Below, one piece after another: positions 11,076 to 22,119 of a DNA stretch of 64,000 bases. How positions within the stretch are numbered: the first letter of the stretch is position 1; every line of letters begins with the position of its first letter. Under the pieces are notes generated by a model, which was not told the DNA's origin, did no database searches, and saw only the letters and a list, made by a program, of their open reading frames with translations. Location: NCBI GenBank assembly GCA_963771175.1, contig CAVYSY010000032.1, positions 224,001 to 288,000 of the forward strand, given 5' to 3'. A program made the translations under genes and the position numbers. Origin of the DNA: an uncultured delta proteobacterium. Lineage in GTDB: Bacteria; Myxococcota; Myxococcia; Myxococcales; Myxococcaceae.

Positions 11076-12355
11076 CCGGCGAGTGTGCGTGCGGGGTCGG
11101 TGGCGGCGGCGCGATGGCTGGGGAACCAGGCCCCGGCCAGCGCGGCCAGCAACCCTAGCACCACTCCGCCCACCACCACCGGCCAGGGGAAGGAGAAGAA
11201 GCTCTCGGGCTTGAAGGGGAACTGCGGGAGGTAGGAGGTCGCGAGCCGATCCATGACCAGCGCGAGCACGATGGCCGCGAGGGTGCCCAGGAGACCGCCG
11301 GCCAGCCCCACCACGCCCGCCTCGGCCAGGAAGATGTTGCGCACGTCCGCGCGAGAGGCCCCCACCGCCTGCATGACGCCAATCTCCTTGGCGCGCGCAC
11401 GCACCGAGGCGCTCAGCGCATGGGCGATGTTCACCGCCGCGAGCACGCAGATGAGGATGGACAACAGCGCCAGCGCGGACGTGGTGAGGGCCACCGCGGC
11501 GCCCACGTTCTCCGCGAGCCGCCGCTCCTGGTCGTCGATCTCCAGGCCCATCTCCCTCACGGACTCGATGAGGCTCGGCACCGCGCCCGGGCTGGAGGCC
11601 ACCAGCGTGACGCCGGAGTACGTCTCCGCGTCCTGGCCCAGCTCGCGGTTGAGGCGGATGGCCGTGTCCAGGGGAATGGTGACGCCCGCGAGCAGCGCGC
11701 GGTCGGACGCGCCCACCACCTGCACCTGGGACGTGATGACCGGGGCGTCCGGCACCGGGGCCGCCACGTAGGAGCGGTTGAAGTCCACCGGCACGGTGAA
11801 GCCGACGAGCATGCTCGGCGCCAGCCTCGGCAGCTTCCGGGCCGGGGCGAAGGTGTTGTTGTAGATCTCCAGCAACCGCGTGGAGATGAGGCCCGGGATG
11901 GGTTGACCCGGCCCCGGGTCCACGAACTTGCCCATCTGCACGTCGCCCTCGACGAGCCCGGGCTCCACGCCCACCGCGAGCACGTCCATGCCCATGCGCA
12001 GCTTCCGGCCGAAGAAGTCGCCGTTGTAGAGGCTCGCCGCGGGGGCGCGCACGCTCATCTTCCGGTACGTCTTCTCCACGTCCGGCAGCGCCTGGAGCCG
12101 CTCCACCATGGCCGTGTCCAGCTTGCCACCGCCGAGGAACGAGCCGAGCGACACCGCGGGCGGCACCACGTCCACCAGCCGCGCGTCGTTGGGGAAGATG
12201 CGCTCGCGGATGACGCGGCCCACCCCCAGGCCCAGGCCCAGGAAGAAGACGAGCGCCCCCACCCCCATGGCCACGCCGAAGGCGGAGAAGAACGCGCCCC
12301 GCCGCTCTCGCGAGAGGCTCAGCCGCACCAGCCGGGCCAGCGCCGCGCCCCTCAT
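11072..12355 (-). CDS. ABC transporter permease, MacB/LolE/FtsX type
   Basis: N-terminal TM, periplasmic domain, RAKEIGVMQAVGASRADVRNIFLAEA, C-terminal PSHRAA. Confidence 0.9.
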   Translation of the reverse strand: MRGAALARLVRLSLSRERRGAFFSAFGVAMGVGALVFFLGLGLGVGRVIRERIFPNDARLVDVVPPAVSLGSFLGGGKLDTAMVERLQALPDVEKTYRKMSVRAPAASLYNGDFFGRKLRMGMDVLAVGVEPGLVEGDVQMGKFVDPGPGQPIPGLISTRLLEIYNNTFAPARKLPRLAPSMLVGFTVPVDFNRSYVAAPVPDAPVITSQVQVVGASDRALLAGVTIPLDTAIRLNRELGQDAETYSGVTLVASSPGAVPSLIESVREMGLEIDDQERRLAENVGAAVALTTSALALLSILICVLAAVNIAHALSASVRARAKEIGVMQAVGASRADVRNIFLAEAGVVGLAGGLLGTLAAIVLALVMDRLATSYLPQFPFKPESFFSFPWPVVVGGVVLGLLAALAGAWFPSHRAAATDPARTLAG

Positions 12356-13047
12356 GACACACCTCCCGCCAGCGCCGGCTGGGGCTCCTCGACGAGCCGG
12401 CCCTCCTTGAGGCGCAGCACGCGCCTGGCCGCCGAGCTCATCCGCTCCTCGTGGGTGACGGCGAGCAGGGTGAGGCCCTCGCGGTGCAGTTCCTGGAAGA
12501 GCGAGATGACGCCAGCGCCCGTGGCGGCATCGAGGTTGCCGGTGGGCTCGTCACAGAGGAGCAGCCGGGGCCCGGTGAAGAGGGCGCGGGCGATGGCCAC
12601 GCGCTGCCGCTCGCCGCCGGAGAGCCGCACCGGGGAGCGGTCCTTCTTGGCCAGCAGCCCCACCCGGTCGAGCAGGGCCTCGGCGCGCTTGCGGGCATCC
12701 ACGCTGGCGGCGCCGAAGTGCGAGGGCATCAGCACGTTCTCCACCGCGGACAGGTTGGGGATGAGGTGGAAGGACTGGAAGACGAAGCCCACGTGCTGGT
12801 TGCGGAAGCGCGCGAGCTCCTTGTCCTTGAGGCCGGACAGCTTCACGCCGGCCACCTCCACGTCGCCCTGGTAGTGGACGTCCAGCCCGCCCAGCAGGTG
12901 CAGCAGCGTGGACTTGCCGCTGCCCGAGGGGCCCACCACCGCGACGAAGTCGCCGTCCGCCACGTCGAGCGACAGCCCATCCAGGACGCGCACCTCGGTG
13001 CCGTCCCCGTCCCGGTACTGCTTGACGATGTCTCGTGCGCGTATCAC
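12352..13047 (-). CDS. ABC ATP-binding protein, LolD/MacB type
   Basis: GPSGSGKS, FVFQSFHL, LSGGERQRVAIARAL, CDEPTGNLD. Confidence 0.95.
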   Translation of the reverse strand: MIRARDIVKQYRDGDGTEVRVLDGLSLDVADGDFVAVVGPSGSGKSTLLHLLGGLDVHYQGDVEVAGVKLSGLKDKELARFRNQHVGFVFQSFHLIPNLSAVENVLMPSHFGAASVDARKRAEALLDRVGLLAKKDRSPVRLSGGERQRVAIARALFTGPRLLLCDEPTGNLDAATGAGVISLFQELHREGLTLLAVTHEERMSSAARRVLRLKEGRLVEEPQPALAGGVS

Positions 13048-14658
13048 TGGGGGGGCACCAACCAGAGGGTGAGCTCGGCTTGCAGGGCCTTCTCCTTCTC
13101 GGAGAGGCCCAGCGTCACCGCGCGAAGGTCATCCGTGGCCTCCAGCCAGCGCACCGTGGTCGCCTTGATGGCGAAGCCGCCGATGCCCCAGGCCTCGGAG
13201 GGGAGCGCCTTCACCGCGTCGGAGAGGCGCCGCCAGTCCAGCACCGCCCCCAGCACCGGACCCTGGAGCGCTCCGCGCAGCTCCTCGGCCACGGGGTCCT
13301 GGCCCGCGGGGCCCTTGAGTCCCGTGAGCGCCGCCTCGAGGCGGGACTGCGGCGCGGCCATCACCACCTTGTCTCCCACCGCGGCGAAGTGCGCGCCCTC
13401 GCCCTGCCGGTACGAGGTGAGGTAGACGCGCTGGCCCCCGAGCTCCGCGGGCTTCACCTCGGCGCCGAAGCGCGGGGCCATGGCGGGCACCTTCTCCAGG
13501 GTGGCGGGGATGCTGGTGGTGTCCTTCGCCTCGCCCATCACCACGAGGTGCACATAGCGGAAGGGGTTGATGCGCCGCGGGTCCAACGCGGGCATGCCGG
13601 CGCCGAGCTGCACGGTGGGCGCCAGGGACACGCCCGCGACGAGACCGGGCTTCAGCTTGTCCAGCAGCTCGCCCTTCACGTCGAAGCCGCTCTGCTGCAC
13701 GGCGCGGGTGACGTAGGAGCCGACGAGGTACGGCCAGACGCCGCTGAGCTGCGCGGGATCTCCCCGGTAGCGCGCCACGAGGAAGCTGTCCGCCGGCAGG
13801 TAGCCGAGCAGCTCCGGGGACTGCTGAGGGACGAGCGCGGCGAGCGAGGCCTGCGTGTCCGGCCAGGGCGAGTCCACGCGCAGCGTCACCGCGCGCTCGC
13901 CGAGCGAGCCCGTCACGGTGACGGACTGGGTGGTGCCGGCGGGGACGAGGAAGCCGATGCCACCGGGGAGGAAGGCGTAGAAGTCGCGCTCGGCGGGCAG
14001 CCGCTTGAGGGAGGCCGAGAGGAGCGGCTCCTGGGCGAGCGACTTGCTCCGCGGGCAGCGTGGCGTAGCCGGAGAGCTGGGGCACCATGGCGCCCGCGCC
14101 CAGCAGGGCATACCCCTCGGTGAAGAGGAGCCCCAGCGAGGGCTGCTGCGCGCCGGGCCTGCTGAAGGTGACGAGCGTGCCGCCGGGGACCTTCTGCTCG
14201 GCGCTCTGGGAGGCTCCGAGGCGGTCGCGAGCGAGCTTGGAGAAGGTGTCGCGCAGGGTCTTCTCGTCCTTCACGCCGAGCACGGAGAAGACCTGGTTCC
14301 CGCCGAGGAAGGCCGCGCCCGCGCCACGCCCCGGGTCGATGCCGGCGGCCTCCATGGACTGGCGGCTGCGCAGGTCCACGCCCACCTGGCGCATGATGCT
14401 GGAGACGTAGGACTCGGCGGACGAGGCGTTCTGGAGCTGGGCGAGGAAGTTGGCCAGCTTGAGGTTCTGGAAGCGCGCGAGCTTCTCGCCGAAGGCGCCA
14501 AGGTCGGGCACGACGAGGGCGGCCTGGGCGCCGCGCGGCAGGAAGCGGGCGGGGTCGGTCGTCTTCGCCCCCAGGAGGCCCTGCTTCTCGCCGCAGCGGG
14601 AGCAGCCGGCGAATACGAGCAACACGAGCAGAGGCCAGAGTGAGGCGCGGCGGAGCAT
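13044..14658 (-). CDS. Large hypothetical lipoprotein; frameshift near 14050
   Basis: Lipobox FAGC after a hydrophobic signal; two codon-biased frames join; stop overlaps the ATPase start. Confidence 0.7.
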
Positions 14659-14833
14659 AGAAGTCGGAGTGCAGACGGGCCCGGGCCCGGAGTCAAATTC
14701 TTCGTGCGGGGGGCACGAATCGGCCGTCTGGGGGCCGACCTTGCCCTACCCGAAGCCGCACTGCGAGCATGGGTGCTCACCCCATAGCCCGGCGAGTCCA
14801 GGGTGGCGGGGACACCTCAGGGAGGGAAGCACC

Positions 14834-15937
14834 ATGTTCGAGTCCGTCACTCGCTGGGCCGGCCTGCTGGCAGCGCTGTTGCTGCTGGTCACGGGCACGG
14901 CGGCGGAGGCCACCACCGTCCGGGTCCACTACGACGTCGGCTACGGCAACCGCATCACCATCCGAGGCAGCAAGGCGCCCCTGTCCTGGAGCACCGGGAC
15001 GAACGCCACGTGGACCACGGGCAACGTCTGGACGCTGTCCTGGGCCAACACCGTGGGCGATGTGGAGCTCAAGCCGCTCGTCAACGACGCGGCCTGGTCC
15101 ACCGGCGCCAACTACCTCATCAAGGCCGGCGCCACGGTGGACATCTATCCGTTCTTCGGCGCGGCCTCGGGCCGGCTGCAGTACGTCTACAACTTCTACT
15201 CGCCGCAGTTCGGCAACTCGCGCACGCTCACCATCTACCTGCCGCCGAGCTACTCGGAGAACCCGCTCAAGCGCTACCCGGTGCTGTACGCGCACGACGG
15301 GCAGAACCTCTTCAATGCCTCCACCGCCACCTACGGCGTCGAGTGGCGCATGGACGAGACGGCCAACTCGCTCATCGGCAATGGCCAGATGGACGAGGCC
15401 ATCATCGTGGGCATCGATCACGGTGGCTCGAATCGCATCTACGAGCTGACCCCCTGCTGCGATCCACAGTACGGCGGCGGAGGCGCGGACAGTTACGAGC
15501 GGTTCATCCTCGACACGGTGAGGCCGTACATCAACCAGAACTTCCGGACGCTGACGACGAAGCCGAACACGGCGCTGATTGGCTCGTCGCTGGGCGGGCT
15601 GGTGTCGTTCTACATCGGGCGGCGCAACCCGACGGTCTTCGGAAAGCTGGCGGCGATGTCGAGCTCGTTCTGGTGGAACAACCAGGCGCTCACGCAGCAG
15701 GTGGAGGCGGCCACCACGAAGGTGGCGGTGAACTTCTACATCGACGCGGGGACGAACAGCGACGGACTGCCGGAGACGACGCGGATGCGGGACGCGCTGG
15801 TGGTGGACGGGCACGTCCAGGGCAAGGACCTGTACTACTACGTGGCCCAGGGCGCGGGGCACAACGAGTCCTCGTGGGCGGCGCGGCTCCACATCCCGCT
15901 CACGTACCTGTTCCCCTGGCAGAGCACGGTCTACTGA
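14834..15937 (+). CDS. Secreted alpha/beta-hydrolase (putative esterase) with a small Trp-rich N-terminal module
   Basis: Signal peptide ending AEA; YPVLYAHDGQNLF, GSSLGG nucleophile motif, GAGHNESSW; GGAGG RBS. Confidence 0.85.
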   Translation: MFESVTRWAGLLAALLLLVTGTAAEATTVRVHYDVGYGNRITIRGSKAPLSWSTGTNATWTTGNVWTLSWANTVGDVELKPLVNDAAWSTGANYLIKAGATVDIYPFFGAASGRLQYVYNFYSPQFGNSRTLTIYLPPSYSENPLKRYPVLYAHDGQNLFNASTATYGVEWRMDETANSLIGNGQMDEAIIVGIDHGGSNRIYELTPCCDPQYGGGGADSYERFILDTVRPYINQNFRTLTTKPNTALIGSSLGGLVSFYIGRRNPTVFGKLAAMSSSFWWNNQALTQQVEAATTKVAVNFYIDAGTNSDGLPETTRMRDALVVDGHVQGKDLYYYVAQGAGHNESSWAARLHIPLTYLFPWQSTVY

Positions 15938-18123
15938 GCCGCGCCCGACCTCCTCCGAGACCTCGCCTGGAGCAGGCCCGCGGCGGCGAGCAGCACCACC
16001 GCCGCGGCGCTCGTGAAGGCACCGGCCGCGAGCCCCGGCGTCCGGTACTCGAAACGCACCACGTGCCGCCCCGCGGACAGGGGCACCGCGCGCACGGCGT
16101 GGTTCGCCGGGTACATCGGCAGGGGCTTCCCGTCCTCGGAGGCCTCCACCCCCGCGTAGTACGACTCGTTGAGCACCAGCATGCCTGGCGCGGCGAGCGT
16201 GGCCTCGACCTCGACGGCATCCCCCAGGCGGCGGATGCGATCCACGGGTTGGGCCGGACCGCCGGGCGCGTGCTCCAACTCCGGCCCCACGCCCTCCGCC
16301 CCGGCCTCCAGCACCACCTCCGCGCCGGGACGGAAGCCCGAGGAGCCCAGGTACTCCAGCACCCGCTCGCGCGGCAGCACCTTCACCCCCTGGGTGACGT
16401 AGGCACGCGGCAGGAAGCGCCGGAAGGGCACCGCCATGGCATCGGCGCGCTCGTCATGACCCACGGCCTGCTGGCGCTGCTCCGGCCGCAGCGTGGCCGG
16501 AGAGGCGATGAAGAAGCGCGTGCCGTACACCCCCGCGAGCTTCCCCACCCAGCGCTCCTGATTCCCGAGCACCAGCTCGTGGTACCGGGCGGAGAAGCCC
16601 TGCAGGTACACGTTGGCCGTGGGCAGCCCGTGCAGCGAGCCTCGTAGGGGCATGAGGGCCGCGTTCTGCACGGTGTCCAGCTCCGCGCGCGTCTCGTACC
16701 GGCGCTCCAGCTTCCACAGGAACAGGTAGGTGAAGCCCTCGCCCGAGACACCGCCACGGCGGAGCGCCTCCGCGAGGGGCGGCGGCTCGTAGAAGTCCGT
16801 CGGCGCGGTGAGCACCGTGCGAGCGTTGGCGAGCCCCAGGTCCAACGCCACCACGGCGAGCGCCACGTACGACAGCATCGGAACGAGCTTCCCGCGCCAC
16901 GCCGCCGCGGACAGCGCGCCCGCGAGCACCAGGGCCAGCAGGGAGGGCTCCCACGCCCCGAGCACGATTCCGGCCACCGCCGCCAGCGCGCACAGCGAGC
17001 CCGGGAGGAAGCGGAGGCGATCGCGGCGCAACACCTGCTGGGCTCCACGCGCGGCGAGCAGCGGGATGACCAGCATGGCGGGGCCCATGGCCTTGATGGG
17101 GAACTGGAACGACTTCCAGAACGGGACGACCGCCGAGAAGAGGGACCACAGCGGCGTGGTCGAGCCCGTGGCGAGCAGCAGCGAGACGGAGGCGATGCCC
17201 ACCAGCTGCGGGCGCAGCCGACCACGCGTCGCGGCCCCCACCAGCGCGAGCGCCGCCACGCCGAGCCCCAGGTAGGTCGTCTCGAACATGACGTCGCGGC
17301 CCGCGAGAGCATCGGGCTCCACCATGCCCAGGAGCTGTGGCAGGTCGAGTCGCCAGTAATCCGAGCCGACGATGCCAGCCCCGGTCGAGCGCGGGGACTC
17401 CCGGAAGAGCAGGAGCGACGGGACGAGCTGCACCGCCGCCAGGGCCACGGCGAGCACCGCCCCGAGCCCGAGCGACAGGACCGGGCGCAGCAACCGCTGG
17501 GGCCGGGTGCGCCGCACCACCAGCGCGGCGGAGCCGAGCAGTCCCATGATGGCGAGGTGCGGGTCCCCAGCGAGCAGCATCCACGCGAGCGACAGCGCGA
17601 GCACCAGCGGGCGAGACCTCACGTCACCGCGACACCGCAGCGCGCCCCACCACATCCACGGGAGCGCCGCGGCCGCCAGGGACATGGAGGTGAACTCGGT
17701 CAGGCCCAGGAAGTAGGCGCCGAGGGTATAGGCGGTGGCCGCCAGCGACGCGAACACCGGTCGCAGGCCCAGCGCGCGTCCGAGCCTCCAGGTGCCCAGC
17801 AAGGCGAGCGGCACCGGCAGCAACATCTGGAGCACGAAGGCCGCGTGGAACGGCAGCGCCAGGAAGAAGAGCGTGCTCGGGTGGAACGCGCTGACGACGG
17901 GCACGGCGACGAACGGCATGCCCAGACCGTCCCACGGCCACCACTCCGGCAGGGTGCCCGCGCGCAGCGCCTCGCTCAACGCACGCTTGAGCGGCACGAA
18001 CAGCAGGCTCATGTCGCGCCGGAAGGGCAGCTCGCCCAGGAAGACGAGCCCGCGAAAGACGAAGAGCGCGGCGACCGCCGGGACGAGCAGCGGTCCAAGT
18101 CCGCGCAGGCGACTTCCCCTCAT
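15931..18123 (-). CDS. YfhO-like polytopic membrane protein (GT-C-like)
   Basis: 730 aa, many TMs, LPEWWPWDGLGMPF, C-terminal LVLNESYYAG...ANHAVRAVPLSAGRHVVRFEY. Confidence 0.75.
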   Translation of the reverse strand: MRGSRLRGLGPLLVPAVAALFVFRGLVFLGELPFRRDMSLLFVPLKRALSEALRAGTLPEWWPWDGLGMPFVAVPVVSAFHPSTLFFLALPFHAAFVLQMLLPVPLALLGTWRLGRALGLRPVFASLAATAYTLGAYFLGLTEFTSMSLAAAALPWMWWGALRCRGDVRSRPLVLALSLAWMLLAGDPHLAIMGLLGSAALVVRRTRPQRLLRPVLSLGLGAVLAVALAAVQLVPSLLLFRESPRSTGAGIVGSDYWRLDLPQLLGMVEPDALAGRDVMFETTYLGLGVAALALVGAATRGRLRPQLVGIASVSLLLATGSTTPLWSLFSAVVPFWKSFQFPIKAMGPAMLVIPLLAARGAQQVLRRDRLRFLPGSLCALAAVAGIVLGAWEPSLLALVLAGALSAAAWRGKLVPMLSYVALAVVALDLGLANARTVLTAPTDFYEPPPLAEALRRGGVSGEGFTYLFLWKLERRYETRAELDTVQNAALMPLRGSLHGLPTANVYLQGFSARYHELVLGNQERWVGKLAGVYGTRFFIASPATLRPEQRQQAVGHDERADAMAVPFRRFLPRAYVTQGVKVLPRERVLEYLGSSGFRPGAEVVLEAGAEGVGPELEHAPGGPAQPVDRIRRLGDAVEVEATLAAPGMLVLNESYYAGVEASEDGKPLPMYPANHAVRAVPLSAGRHVVRFEYRTPGLAAGAFTSAAAVVLLAAAGLLQARSRRRSGAAQ

Positions 18124-18139
18124 AGAAGCTTTCGATCCT

Positions 18140-18718
18140 TCACCAGATGTTATCGGAGAAGAGGCAGTGGATGAGCTTCACCTTACCAAAACCCGTGTTG
18201 CCAACTTGGAGATCTGGCACGGGGGTGAAGAGAACCTCGTTGGGCAACCTGACGGTCCCGAACGACTCGCGAACGAGCGCATCCAGCTCCGCTTCTAAAG
18301 GCTGGAGCTCAGGAGGAAGTGGAGGGAACAACACCTCGGAACTCGACTCTTCCTCATTCAAATCCACTTCTTGAGAGGCATGGAGGAGATGAACCGGAGC
18401 CAGGATGCTCGTGAATACCACGATGCACTTCCTCTCACGCTGACCCCGCCGCGTGCCGGGCAGATAGACCCGGACATGGCGGCTTGGCTCGTAAGGCAGG
18501 CCGGGCAAGTCCCATTGCACGCACTCAGGGAGTTGCTCGCGCACTCGCTGCCGGAAGCTCTTCCACGCCCTGGTGTCCTTATGAGCGGCCCAGCGCAATG
18601 CGTTCCATCTCTTGTATTCCTCGGTTTGTCTGTGCCGGGGATCGTCGCCATGAATCCCTGCCGGAAAGTACTGATGCACGAGATTGATGAGGGACTCCGC
18701 GGAAAAACGCTCATCCAT
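18140..18718 (-). CDS. Hypothetical cytoplasmic protein, possible immunity partner
   Basis: 192 aa, GAGGTGAG RBS, starts 13 nt after the lipoprotein gene, lower GC3 than flanks. Confidence 0.65.
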   Translation of the reverse strand: MDERFSAESLINLVHQYFPAGIHGDDPRHRQTEEYKRWNALRWAAHKDTRAWKSFRQRVREQLPECVQWDLPGLPYEPSRHVRVYLPGTRRGQRERKCIVVFTSILAPVHLLHASQEVDLNEEESSSEVLFPPLPPELQPLEAELDALVRESFGTVRLPNEVLFTPVPDLQVGNTGFGKVKLIHCLFSDNIW

Positions 18719-18731
18719 CCTGTCTCACCTC

Positions 18732-19202
18732 TCAATCCTCGGGAAAGGATGTCGGCTCGATTCCCTGCCTGACGAACTTCGTCACCGTGGCTCCATTGAT
18801 GGACCTCACCAAGAACCTCAGCATCTCGCCTCGGAACTGCTGGCAGGCAAGTGCGGAGACGGTCTCGGGTCCACGCAGCACCATCTGAGCAGCCGCATCA
18901 GCGGCTTCTGACGACCTCCCCTGCGCGACCGCGTTCGAAATCGAGCGTTTCCAATTGATGATGGGCACTCCGACTTCGACGTCGCACCAGGCCTGCAACG
19001 GCCTGCTCCGAGACACCCGAGACAACAGGATGTTCACCTGGGCAATCTTCCATCCCCCCGCCTCCGGTCCCGGCTCGGACACGATATCGTGGAACTCGAA
19101 AGCCGATGGAGGAATGCGTCCGCCGGAAACGGTCGCGCACGCCTCCAGCAGGAACGTCATCGTCCCCAACAGGAACAAGCGAACGAAAAGTCTCCGCTTC
19201 AT
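18732..19202 (-). CDS. Small lipoprotein, possible toxin
   Basis: MKRR + hydrophobic stretch + LEA|CATV lipobox; GGAG RBS. Confidence 0.7.
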   Translation of the reverse strand: MKRRLFVRLFLLGTMTFLLEACATVSGGRIPPSAFEFHDIVSEPGPEAGGWKIAQVNILLSRVSRSRPLQAWCDVEVGVPIINWKRSISNAVAQGRSSEAADAAAQMVLRGPETVSALACQQFRGEMLRFLVRSINGATVTKFVRQGIEPTSFPED

Positions 19203-19318
19203 GGTTCTCCCGTGAGCATGGGCACACAGAAGACATGAAACAGGAACTCACCCGGACCACGAACCGGCTCACGCCGCGTGCTGTCGAGAATCCGCCACCC
19301 GAGGAGAGGCGCCCCGCC

Positions 19319-20128
19319 CTACCGCACCCGCGTCCCGTGCGGCAGCGGGCCCGAGGTCTCCTCGGTGAAGTCGAGGAAGCGCTCCATCTGCCGCACCGTC
19401 TCGTCCGTGGCCTGCGCCTCCGCGTTGAGCGTCTCGAGCTGCCGGTTGACCACCTCCGGGTCTCGAATGGCGATGGACTGCTCGTGCGTCAGCCGCATCA
19501 GGTCCTCGATGCTCGCGAGCTGGTGGCTCACCACCTCACGGCTCTCCCCCGCCTGCTCGAAGCGCGCCAGCCGCTTCCGCAAAATCTCCAGCCGCTTCTC
19601 CTTCACGTCCTTCAGTCGCGGGTTCGTCTCCTGCGCCAGCTCCGCCTCCAGCAAGCGCACCTCCTTCTCCAGCGCATGCCGATCCGCCGAGTTGAGGTAC
19701 GTGCGGTACTGGTTCAGCGTGGAGATGAGCCGCAGGAACGAGGTGAGCAGCGTGTCCAGCTTCTGCTCGCTGCTGGCCGACAGCACCCGCCCCCCGGGCA
19801 GCTTCCCGTAGTTGGCGAGGATCTTCTCCTTCAGCCCCACGAGCTGCTGGTAGTGCTCGCGCTGCGAGGGCGCCAGGTCCGCCAGCAGCGACTCCACCTG
19901 CTGGCGCGCGGCCTCCTCGTCCGCCACTCCCGGCTCCCGCGAGCGCACCGCCCGCTGGAAGCGCTTCGAGGTGGTCGCCACCCCCAGGAACAGCCCCTCC
20001 ACTCCCAGCGCCACCAGCGCCGGCAGCGGCTCTTGCGTGAGCGCCGAGGAGGCCGCGGCGGTCAGCAGCCCCACCAGGTTGGCGGGCAACAGGAAGGCGG
20101 CCTTCAGGTAGTTGGGGGTACGGGCCAC
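19319..20128 (-). CDS. Hypothetical protein with N-terminal membrane hairpin and long coiled coil
   Basis: Two hydrophobic segments followed by a charged heptad-rich region; third gene of the pspA operon. Confidence 0.75.
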   Translation of the reverse strand: MARTPNYLKAAFLLPANLVGLLTAAASSALTQEPLPALVALGVEGLFLGVATTSKRFQRAVRSREPGVADEEAARQQVESLLADLAPSQREHYQQLVGLKEKILANYGKLPGGRVLSASSEQKLDTLLTSFLRLISTLNQYRTYLNSADRHALEKEVRLLEAELAQETNPRLKDVKEKRLEILRKRLARFEQAGESREVVSHQLASIEDLMRLTHEQSIAIRDPEVVNRQLETLNAEAQATDETVRQMERFLDFTEETSGPLPHGTRVR

Positions 20129-20168
20129 GGACGTCCTCGCCAGGGAGGCGCCCCGCGGGCAGAGGGCT

Positions 20169-21357
20169 TCAGGGCCCTCGCGCCTCCGACACGTATTTCA
20201 GCGCGCCGAGGTCGCGGGTGTCCTCGGCCGGCGGAGCCCCCGCCGTGCGCTTGATCTTCTGGTAGAGCGCCGAGGCGCTCTGGAACAACTCGTCATAGGT
20301 GACGGGCGCCTCGCCGGAAAGCCCGAAGAAGGCCCGATTGTCCGCCAGTGTCGCCGGGGGCGCGCTGCGGATGGCCTCGGTGGGGTCTCCCAGGTACGGG
20401 CGCCACCTCGCCCAACAGTCGCGCCGCCGGTCCCGGGTCCTTCAGGACACTGTTGCTGGCGTCCAGCAGCGCACGGATGATCCGGCGCACCGCGTCCGGG
20501 TAGCGCGCGGCGTAGTCGCCCCGGGCCACCAGCACCCAGGCCACCAGGTGCGGCGCGTCCGCCGTGGTGGCCAGCACCGCGCCGCCCCGGTCCCGAGCGG
20601 CCAGCTCCACGTCGCCCCACAGCCCCGACACCGCGTCCGCCCGGCCCTCGCGCAGCGCCCGGCCCGCGTCCAGCGTGGAGGGCAGGTCCACCCACCGCAC
20701 GTCCGACATGCGCAGGCCCGCGCGGGAGAGCGCCCACAGGGTGAAGTAGTACGAGGAGCCCGAGGGATACACCCCCAGCCGCTTGCCTCGCAGCGAGGCC
20801 AGGTCCGGCACGCCCACCGCCGCCAGGGCCTCCTGCCCGCGACTGCGCCCCACCAGCAGCACCGTGCGCGGCGCCGCGTCCCGGAGCGAGGGCAGCCAGG
20901 CCGCCAGCCGGTCCACCGAGATGGTCGCCATGTCCACCCCGCCATGCTCGGCGCCCACGGCCAGGGCCTTACGGAGCTCCTCCTCGCTGGCGAAGACGAC
21001 GGCGCGCGCATCCAGGGCGTAGCCCGTCTTCAGCACGCCCTGCGCCGCGCCCGGAGGAGCCCCGGGGTTGTCCAGCGTGGAGGCCCCACCGGTGGCCAGC
21101 AGCAGCGCTGCCGCCGAGCCGCGCGCGGTGAAGCCGATGAGCGTGGGCCGCAACGGCACCGAGGCCACGTCCGCCACGGGTGCCGCCACGCCCGCGGGGA
21201 AGTCACCCGGTGACAGGCGCACGGCCTGCTTCGCCGCCGGGAAGAAGCGCGCCTGGAGGCGATCCAGGTACCCCAGCCGCGAGGCCAGCAGGTACATCGC
21301 CCCCAGCACGCACAACACCAGGAACGGATAGAGGCCGGGTCCGCGTCGTAATGCCAT
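20169..21357 (-). CDS. Membrane-anchored NMT1/SsuA-like solute-binding-fold protein; frameshift near 20400
   Basis: N-terminal [23 protein letters not shown]; continues [24 protein letters not shown]...SEARGP*. Confidence 0.7.
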
Positions 21358-21384
21358 CAGCTCGGCCTCCTCCGTCCCATCGGG

Positions 21385-22119
21385 CTACTTGATCTCCACC
21401 TTCTTGCCGATGGTCTTCTCGGTGGCACCGCCCACCTCGGACACCGGCGCGGGGCTCTCGAGCCCCATCTCCATCTTCATCTGCTTCACCAGGTCCATGG
21501 CCTGGATGCGCTCGGCGTCCTCCTCGATCTGCACCGCCTGGTGGTCCACCGACTCGAGCGCCATCTGCATGCGCGCCTCGTTGACGGCGGCCTTCTCGTT
21601 CACCTTGCGGAGCATCTCGTCGTGGGTGGCGTCGATGCCGGCCACCTGGAAGGACTCCATGGCGTCCGCCACCTTGGACTGCCACTGGGCGCGCCGCGCG
21701 TCGCGGATGGCGTTCATCGCCTCCTGCGTCTTGCGGTCCTTCTCGCGCATGAAGGCCTTCTTCAGGTTCAGCGACTTCTCGTACGCCACCTTGGCCGTCT
21801 CGAGCTGCTGCTCGTTGCGCTCCAGCGCAGCCTTCTCCGTCTGCAGCTTGGTGGCGTACTGGGCCGCCAGATCGTCACGCCCCGCCTGGATGGCCGCCTT
21901 CACCTTGGCCGTCAGCTCGCGGATGTCCTGCTTGTACTTGACGTTCTCCTTCTCCAGGAGCGTCAGGTTCGCCCGCACCATGGCGATGGACTCGTTCATC
22001 TTCGGGACCTGGTCGTTCAGGTCGCGGATGTTCTGCTCGAGGATGAGCTCCGGGTCCTCGATGGAGGAGACAAAGAATCCGAAGAAGCTACGCATTGCCC
22101 TGCTGAACCGTTGCCACAT
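21385..22119 (-). CDS. pspA: PspA/IM30 family protein
   Basis: Amphipathic N-helix [49 protein letters not shown]. Confidence 0.9.
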   Translation of the reverse strand: MWQRFSRAMRSFFGFFVSSIEDPELILEQNIRDLNDQVPKMNESIAMVRANLTLLEKENVKYKQDIRELTAKVKAAIQAGRDDLAAQYATKLQTEKAALERNEQQLETAKVAYEKSLNLKKAFMREKDRKTQEAMNAIRDARRAQWQSKVADAMESFQVAGIDATHDEMLRKVNEKAAVNEARMQMALESVDHQAVQIEEDAERIQAMDLVKQMKMEMGLESPAPVSEVGGATEKTIGKKVEIK

